Below the pieces are notes generated by a model. The model was not told the DNA's origin and made no database searches. It saw only the letters and a list, made by a program, of their open reading frames with translations. The translations under genes and the position numbers were made by a program. Below, one piece after another: positions 56,052 through 61,475 of a DNA stretch of 61,475 nt (its first letter is position 1; each line of letters begins with the position of its first letter). This stretch comes from Pseudonocardiaceae bacterium. Lineage in GTDB: Bacteria > Actinomycetota > Actinomycetes > Mycobacteriales > Pseudonocardiaceae. The stretch is from positions 1 to 61,475 of the forward strand of contig DATDHI010000209.1 of NCBI GenBank assembly GCA_036521655.1. Direction: 5' to 3'.

Positions 56052-56957
56052 GTGACTGCCGAGTTGTACCGAATCGAAGCCGAGCCGTCGGCCTCGACGA
56101 CCCGGGTACTGGTGCACGCACTGACCGGATTCGTCGACGCCGGGCAGGCCGCAGCGCTGGCGGTGGACCACCTGCTAGCGAACCTGGAGCACCGAGTGAT
56201 CGCCACATTCGACGTCGACCAGCTGCTGGACTACCGGTCCCGCCGACCGGCGATGGTCTTCGATGGGGACCATTGGGCCGCCTACCATGCGCCCGAGCTC
56301 GTGCTGCACGAGGTGCGCGACGAGGCTGGCACCACGTTCTTGCTGCTCGCCGGTCCGGAGCCGGATCTGCAATGGGAGCGGTTCGCCGACGCGGTGCACG
56401 AGTTGGTCGAGCACTTCGGGGTAGGCCTGACGGTGGGCTTGGGCGCGGTGCCGATGGCGGTGCCGCACACCCGGCCGGTGATGCTCACGGCACACGCAAC
56501 CCGTCCCGAACTGATCTCCAGCTACCAGCGGTGGTTCGGCACCATGGAGCTACCCGGCCATGCCGGTGCCCTCGTGGAGCTGCGGCTGGGCCAGGCCGGG
56601 CACGACGCGATGGGATTTGCCGTGCACGTGCCGCACTACCTGGCCCGCATCGAGTACCCGGAATCCGCCCTGGGGCTGCTGGAGCACCTGGCCCGCTGTA
56701 CCGGACTGGACCTGCCTTTCGAGACACTGCGGCCCGCCGCGCTGCGGGTGCTGGAGGAGGTGAACGAGCGCGTCGCCCGCTCCCAGGGGAGCATGTCCGT
56801 GGTAGCCGGCCTGGAGGCGCAGTTCGACGCGGTCACGACCGAGGCCGATGGGCGCCCGCTGGCCACCGACGCCGCGTCGTTGCCCACCGGCGACGAGATC
56901 GCCGCGGAGATCGAGCGATTCCTCACCGAGCAGCAGGACGGCTCCGCCGGGAGCTGA
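56052..56957 (+). CDS. PAC2-family (proteasome-assembly-chaperone-like) protein
   Basis: Last 301 codons of track ORF 55569..56957, starting at GTG 56052. VLVHALTGFVDAGQAA, FLLLAGPEPDLQWERF and HVPHYLA. Rv2714-like position. Confidence 0.75.
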   Translation: MTAELYRIEAEPSASTTRVLVHALTGFVDAGQAAALAVDHLLANLEHRVIATFDVDQLLDYRSRRPAMVFDGDHWAAYHAPELVLHEVRDEAGTTFLLLAGPEPDLQWERFADAVHELVEHFGVGLTVGLGAVPMAVPHTRPVMLTAHATRPELISSYQRWFGTMELPGHAGALVELRLGQAGHDAMGFAVHVPHYLARIEYPESALGLLEHLARCTGLDLPFETLRPAALRVLEEVNERVARSQGSMSVVAGLEAQFDAVTTEADGRPLATDAASLPTGDEIAAEIERFLTEQQDGSAGS

Positions 56958-57150
56958 GCTGTTTCACCGTCGCAACCCGCCGGTAACCTCTGGCCACCAT
57001 CAGGTTTCCTAGCATCGCCGAAGAGCTCGGAGGTACTGAGGAGGGCCGGTGGCCCAGAGCGCGCGGCCGCCGCATCCTGGCGGGAGAGTCCTGCGGTCCG
57101 TGACAACCCCGCCGGATGACCGAGCTGCCGCATCGCTGAGTTCGGTCCCG

Positions 57151-58137
57151 ATGGTGGACACCGGGTTGCGTTTCCGCACCGTGCACGGTTACCGCCGAGC
57201 CTTCCGGATGGCGGGCGAGGGCCCGGCACTGCTGCTCATCCACGGCATCGGGGACTCCTCGGACACCTGGCGCCAGGTGATCCCCGCGCTGGCCCGCCGG
57301 CATCGGGTGATCGCTCCGGACCTGCTCGGGCATGGTGCATCGGACAAGCCGCGGGCAGATTACTCGGTGGCCGGCTACGCCAACGGCATGCGCGACCTGC
57401 TCAGCGTGCTCGGAGTGGATCGGGTCACGCTGGTCGGGCATTCACTGGGCGGTGGCGTGGCCATGCAGTTCGCCTACCAGTTCCCGGACCGCACCGAACG
57501 GCTGGTGCTGGTGTCCACCGGCGGTCTCGGCCCGGAGGTCAGCCCGCTGCTGGTGCTGGCCTCGCTGCCCGGAGCCGACCTGCTGCTGTCCTTGCTGCAG
57601 CTACCCGGTATGCGCCTGCAAGGCCAGCTGGTGGTCGCCCTGTTGCGATGGCTGGATACCGGCCTCGGAATCGACGCCGCGGATGTGATGAAGGTGTTCG
57701 ACTCACTGCCAGACCCCACTGCCCGCCGCGCGTTCCTGCGCACGCTGCGTGCCGTGGTGGACCGCCGCGGCCAGGCTGCGACGATGCTCGACCGCTGCTA
57801 CCTCACCCGCGGCATGCCAACCCTGCTGGTCTGGGGTGCACGTGACGTCATCCTCCCGCTGCACCACGCGTGGACCGCGCATCTAGCTATGCCGGGCAGC
57901 CAGCTGGAGGTGTTCGAAAGAGCTGGACACTTCCCATTCCACACCGATCCGGAGCGCTTTGTCGCTGTCCTCGAAGGCTTCCTCGCGAACTCGGCGCCGT
58001 CGACCTGGAATGCCGAGCAGTGGCGAGCGCTGCTGCGCACCGGGTCGTTGGCTGACGGTGTGACAGTGGCGACAGCCGGGCAGCGCCGGCTAGCCGAGCG
58101 CGCCCTGCGCGACGCGAGTGAGCGCAGCGCCACATGA
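57151..58137 (+). CDS. alpha/beta-hydrolase
   Basis: ALLLIHGIGDSSDTW and the nucleophile elbow LVGHSLGGGVA. Rv2715-like position. The start is approximate. Confidence 0.8.
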   Translation: MVDTGLRFRTVHGYRRAFRMAGEGPALLLIHGIGDSSDTWRQVIPALARRHRVIAPDLLGHGASDKPRADYSVAGYANGMRDLLSVLGVDRVTLVGHSLGGGVAMQFAYQFPDRTERLVLVSTGGLGPEVSPLLVLASLPGADLLLSLLQLPGMRLQGQLVVALLRWLDTGLGIDAADVMKVFDSLPDPTARRAFLRTLRAVVDRRGQAATMLDRCYLTRGMPTLLVWGARDVILPLHHAWTAHLAMPGSQLEVFERAGHFPFHTDPERFVAVLEGFLANSAPSTWNAEQWRALLRTGSLADGVTVATAGQRRLAERALRDASERSAT

Positions 58138-58283
58138 CCCGCACGGTAGGAGTATGGCCATCTGGGCCTACGGTCGGGCATGCTCAAGACATCCCCTGTG
58201 CCCGCCGCAGTGCACTAACCAGCACGGGCGCCGCCAGCACCGGCGGAGCCACCACCCGCGGGGCCACCCCCCGCGGAGGCGAA

Positions 58284-58949
58284 ATGATACACGCGATCCT
58301 TGACCACAGCGTGCGACCGCTAGCCCAGCTGGCGCTGCGCCCGTCCGTCCGTGGTGCGCACCACGTTCCGTACAGCGGACCGGTCATCCTCGCAAGTAAC
58401 CACCTGTCCTTCGTGGACAGTGTGGTGATCCCGCTGGTGCTCCCCCGCCCGGTGACCTTCCTGGCCAAAGCGGAGTACTTCGAGGGCCACGGCGTGTGTG
58501 GTTGGCTCAGCCGCCAGTTCTTCGTGGGGATGGGGCACGTGCCGGTGCATCGCGGCCACGGACGCGCCGCGTGGGAGTCGGTGCGGGTCGCGCAGGACGT
58601 GCTGGCCGCCGGTGGCGCGCTGGGCATCTACCCGGAGGGCACCCGATCGCTGGACGGCCGGCTCTACCGAGGACGCACCGGGGTCGCGCGGCTAGCCCTG
58701 CTCACCGGCGCCCCGGTAGTACCGGTCGCGCTGACCGGCACCCAGCGGGTACAACCGGTCGGCAGCCGGGTGCCCCGCCCGCATCAGGTGACCGCGCAGT
58801 TCGGCGCTCCGCTGGACTTTTCCCGGTACGCGGGCAAGCACGGAAAGGTGCCGGTGCTGCGCGCGGTCACCGACGAGATCGTCTCTGCGATCGGTGCACT
58901 GTCCGGCCAGGAATACGTCAACACCTACCACCCGGCCTCCGCAGCCTGA
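58284..58949 (+). CDS. plsC: 1-acyl-sn-glycerol-3-phosphate acyltransferase
   Basis: ATG 58284 with RBS GGAGG. ASNHLSFVDSV (HxxxxD) and GIYPEGTRS. Confidence 0.8.
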   Translation: MIHAILDHSVRPLAQLALRPSVRGAHHVPYSGPVILASNHLSFVDSVVIPLVLPRPVTFLAKAEYFEGHGVCGWLSRQFFVGMGHVPVHRGHGRAAWESVRVAQDVLAAGGALGIYPEGTRSLDGRLYRGRTGVARLALLTGAPVVPVALTGTQRVQPVGSRVPRPHQVTAQFGAPLDFSRYAGKHGKVPVLRAVTDEIVSAIGALSGQEYVNTYHPASAA

Positions 58950-59105
58950 GATTCCTGCAGCCACGTCCGCAGCTCCGGCCGGATGCCGCGCGCGCTCTGT
59001 AGAACCACTCAAAAGCCAACTACGCCGCCCGGATGGCCACGGAATAGACCCGTTCCCGGGGAAGTTTGTTGAGAGGTACACGATCTGCACAGCATGAGGT
59101 GACCT

Positions 59106-59897
59106 ATGACGGACCAACCCGAGCCCAGCAACGGCCGGATGCCGGCGCTGTATCTCAGCCACGGAGCCCCGCCCCTGGCCGACGACGCCCGCTGGACCGC
59201 GGAGCTCGCACGCTGGGCCGCCCAGCTCCCCCGGCCACAGGCCATCCTGGTGGTCTCCGCGCACTGGGAGGAAGCGCCGCTGGCGATCGGCGCCACCAGT
59301 CCGGTCCCCTTGACTTACGACTTCTGGGGCTTCCCGGCGCACTACTACGAGGTCCGCTACCCCGCGCCGGGCGCGCCGCAGCTCGCCGCCCAGGTCCGCA
59401 CCCTGATCGGCGGCGCGCAAGATTTCCCCGGCCGCGGGCTGGACCACGGTGCCTACGTGCCATTGGTCGAGATGTACCCGCAGGCCGACGTGCCTGTGCT
59501 GCAGATCTCGATGCCGACCCTCGACCCGACCCAGCTGCTGGACCTCGGCCGCCGGCTCGCCCCCTTGCGGGACGAGGAGGTGCTGCTGATCGGCAGCGGG
59601 TTCACTACGCACAACCTGCACGAGCTGGACATGAGACGGCCCGCCGATCACCAGCCACCGAGCTGGTCGGTCGAGTTCGACGACTGGGTCAACCGCGCCA
59701 CCGCAGCCCGGGACGTCGATGCCCTGCTGGACTTCGAGCGCACCGCCCCGGCAGCCCGGCTGGCACACCCCCGCACCGAGCACTTCGCGCCGCTGTTCGT
59801 CGCGCTCGGCGCGAGCATCGACAGCCTGTCCGGCGAACGGTCAGTCATCGACGGGTACTGGTACGGCCTGTCCAAGCGCTCCTGGCAGTTCGACTGA
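59106..59897 (+). CDS. class III extradiol dioxygenase (LigB/YgiD, 4,5-DOPA-dioxygenase-like)
   Basis: RBS GAGGTG. ALYLSHGAPP, VVSAHWEE, LDHGAYVPL and EHFAPLFVALGA. Confidence 0.8.
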   Translation: MTDQPEPSNGRMPALYLSHGAPPLADDARWTAELARWAAQLPRPQAILVVSAHWEEAPLAIGATSPVPLTYDFWGFPAHYYEVRYPAPGAPQLAAQVRTLIGGAQDFPGRGLDHGAYVPLVEMYPQADVPVLQISMPTLDPTQLLDLGRRLAPLRDEEVLLIGSGFTTHNLHELDMRRPADHQPPSWSVEFDDWVNRATAARDVDALLDFERTAPAARLAHPRTEHFAPLFVALGASIDSLSGERSVIDGYWYGLSKRSWQFD

Positions 59898-59898
59898 A

Positions 59899-60222
59899 TC
59901 ACCCGTCCTCGTGCGCCCGGCGGACGAGCGCCACGAACTCGCGCTCCGGATCCTTCACCAGCCCGTAGATCGTCGTGACCACCGGGCACGGCCACGCCGA
60001 GAGACAGGTCCGGCACTCACCACCGGGCTCGGCCTCGTGCTCGATCAGCACTCCCCGGATCACCATCACCAGGTCGGGGATCAGCTCGCGGGCGGCGTCT
60101 GAGTCCTGCTGGGACCAGCCGCAACACTTGCCCGCCAGGAACTCCGCCTCGTCCAGATGACCGTAGAGGTCGCTGTGCAGGAGCCGGAATGCCTCGGCCA
60201 CCACGGGTGAGTTCCCGTCCAT
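59899..60222 (-). CDS. small Cys-motif protein (paralogue of 13845..14153)
   Basis: 107 aa with VIRGVLIEHEAEPGGECRTCLSAWPCPVVTTIYGL. Divergent from the XRE/DUF397 pair. Confidence 0.55.
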   Translation of the reverse strand: MDGNSPVVAEAFRLLHSDLYGHLDEAEFLAGKCCGWSQQDSDAARELIPDLVMVIRGVLIEHEAEPGGECRTCLSAWPCPVVTTIYGLVKDPEREFVALVRRAHEDG

Positions 60223-60359
60223 CGGCTACCTCCTCGCGGTTCGGCGAGATCCGCTAGCCCGCCAACCATGAGACAACCGCTTGACCCTGGGGCATGCAAC
60301 ACCCAATCCTGCAAGTCCCTCGCCGTTAGTGCAAAATCTTGACGACGAGGGAGGTCACC

Positions 60360-61235
60360 ATGCAAGACCGTGAACCGACGATCCGCAGCCGCGAGCTGGG
60401 CGAGGGACTTCGCCGGGCGATGCAGCACGCCGGGCTGACCGGCCAGCAGGTCGCGAAGCTGCTCGACCTGTCACCGAGCTGGGTGTCCCGGCTGATCTCC
60501 GGCAAGCGCAACGTTACCGCGGTGCAGGCGTCGGCATTCCTGGCCGTCTGCCGGGCGCCGAGTGCCGAGCGTGAGCGGCTGCTGGAGCTCTGCGACGAGC
60601 AGCACACCCCGGGCTGGTTTCAGCAGCACGGCTCCCGGCTGCCCCTGCAGCTCGTGACCTTGATCGACCACGAGAACATCGCGGTGGCGATCAGCTGCTT
60701 CGTCTCGACGCTGGTGCCCGGCCTGCTGCAGACCGGCGACTACGCCCGTGCCCTATTCAATCAGGCCGGGCGGGTGCCGGCCGGCGAGATCGACGACCGG
60801 GTGGCCGCCCGGCTGGCCCGCCAGGGCCTGTTCAGCCGGGACCGTCCCGCCAGGTTCACCTTCTACCTGCACGAGTTCGTGCTGCGGCTACCGGTCGGTG
60901 GCCCGGCGGTGATGATCGATCAGTTGCAGCTGCTGGAGCGGATGTCCCGGCGGCCGTATCTCACACTGCGGGTGGTGCCGGCCGCGCTCGGCGCGCACGC
61001 CGCGACTGCGGGAGAGTTCATTCTCATGGAGTTCGCCGAGTTCAAACCGGTGGTGTACCTGGAGAGCGAGACGTCCAGCCTGTTCCTGGAGAAGCCCGTG
61101 GAGATCGCCGCCTACCAGGACATCCTCGAATCGCTGGCGCAGACCGCGCTGGGCGAGGGAGAATCGAGAGAGCTGATTGCCACCCGGGCAACCGAGCTCT
61201 CCGCGGATCGAGAGGACTATGATGCCCGCGCCTGA
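60360..61235 (+). CDS. XRE-family HTH regulator with DUF5753 domain (Scr1-type antitoxin-like)
   Basis: ATG 60360 with RBS GAGGGAGG. LTGQQVAKLLDLSPSWVSRLISGKR, plus a C-terminal domain with LRVVPAALGAH..FILMEF. Confidence 0.8.
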   Translation: MQDREPTIRSRELGEGLRRAMQHAGLTGQQVAKLLDLSPSWVSRLISGKRNVTAVQASAFLAVCRAPSAERERLLELCDEQHTPGWFQQHGSRLPLQLVTLIDHENIAVAISCFVSTLVPGLLQTGDYARALFNQAGRVPAGEIDDRVAARLARQGLFSRDRPARFTFYLHEFVLRLPVGGPAVMIDQLQLLERMSRRPYLTLRVVPAALGAHAATAGEFILMEFAEFKPVVYLESETSSLFLEKPVEIAAYQDILESLAQTALGEGESRELIATRATELSADREDYDARA

Positions 61236-61461
61236 GCCGGACAGGATTGTCTGGCACACGAGCAGCTACAGCAACGGCGCCAACGCCTGCGTCGAGATCG
61301 GCTGGCGCACCAGCAGCTACAGCAACGGCGGCGACGCCTGCGTCGAGGTCGCGCCCGCGCCGGACGCCGTGCTGGTCCGCGACTCCAAGGACCGCACCGG
61401 CCCCGCCCTCACCATCCCCACCACCGCCTGGCAAGCCTTCCTCACCACCCTCACCCGCTGA
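61219..61461 (+). CDS. DUF397 family protein with duplicated core motif
   Basis: ATG 61219 overlaps the end of the upstream gene. WHTSSYSNGANACVEIG / WRTSSYSNGGDACVEVA, then VLVRDSKDRTGPALTIPTTAWQAFL. Confidence 0.8.
   Translation: MMPAPEPDRIVWHTSSYSNGANACVEIGWRTSSYSNGGDACVEVAPAPDAVLVRDSKDRTGPALTIPTTAWQAFLTTLTR
61252..61353 (+). repeat. 51-bp in-frame tandem duplication inside the DUF397 gene
   Basis: TGGCACACGAGCAGCTACAGCAACGGCGCCAACGCCTGCGTCGAGATCGGC is followed directly by TGGCGCACCAGCAGCTACAGCAACGGCGGCGACGCCTGCGTCGAGGTCGCG. Confidence 0.85.
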
Positions 61462-61475
61462 CCTCGCGTACCCCT

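Overview
High-G+C actinobacterial chromosomal segment. I recognised no rRNA, tRNA, CRISPR array or transposase. The backbone is the conserved actinobacterial sigA-sigB neighbourhood. As I recall it, the gene order matches M. tuberculosis Rv2699c-Rv2715: DUF4193, LytR_C/Cei-like, suhB, ppgK, sigA ... YihY, DUF3039, DUF3099, sigB, ideR, galE, DUF4192, PAC2, hydrolase. Three accessory blocks interrupt this backbone. (1) About 10.7-15.4 kb is a visibly lower-G+C patch. It holds an XRE-TPR regulator/HFCD-flavoprotein operon, small Cys-motif proteins, and ankyrin and ECF sigma/anti-sigma genes that look decayed by frameshifts. (2) About 18.3-28.3 kb holds a full nickel-pincer-nucleotide (NPN) cofactor set (larE, larB, larC). 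It is joined to an operon for a fatty-acyl-reductase/HAD fusion, a Zn-ADH, a divergent 524-aa LarA homologue and a PlsC-type acyltransferase. An NPN enzyme in a lipid-type context is my best candidate for a previously undescribed system. (3) About 29.6-47.1 kb is a 13-gene, translationally coupled minus-strand operon plus a divergent SARP regulator, encoding an acyl-tetronate (agglomerin/RK-682-type) pathway. Its genes are FAAL, two large ACAD-like proteins, ACP, a KS-AT-ACP PKS, FabH-like, FkbH, ACP, E2-like acyltransferase, PPTase, alpha/beta-hydrolase, TEII and an FAD protein. The window begins inside an MfpA-like pentapeptide-repeat gene that is missing from the ORF track, and ends with an XRE(DUF5753)/DUF397 pair. 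Many long track ORFs are antisense shadows typical of high-GC DNA. I re-picked start codons by RBS and overlap logic, so they are approximate. All family calls come from motif recognition by eye, not from searches.
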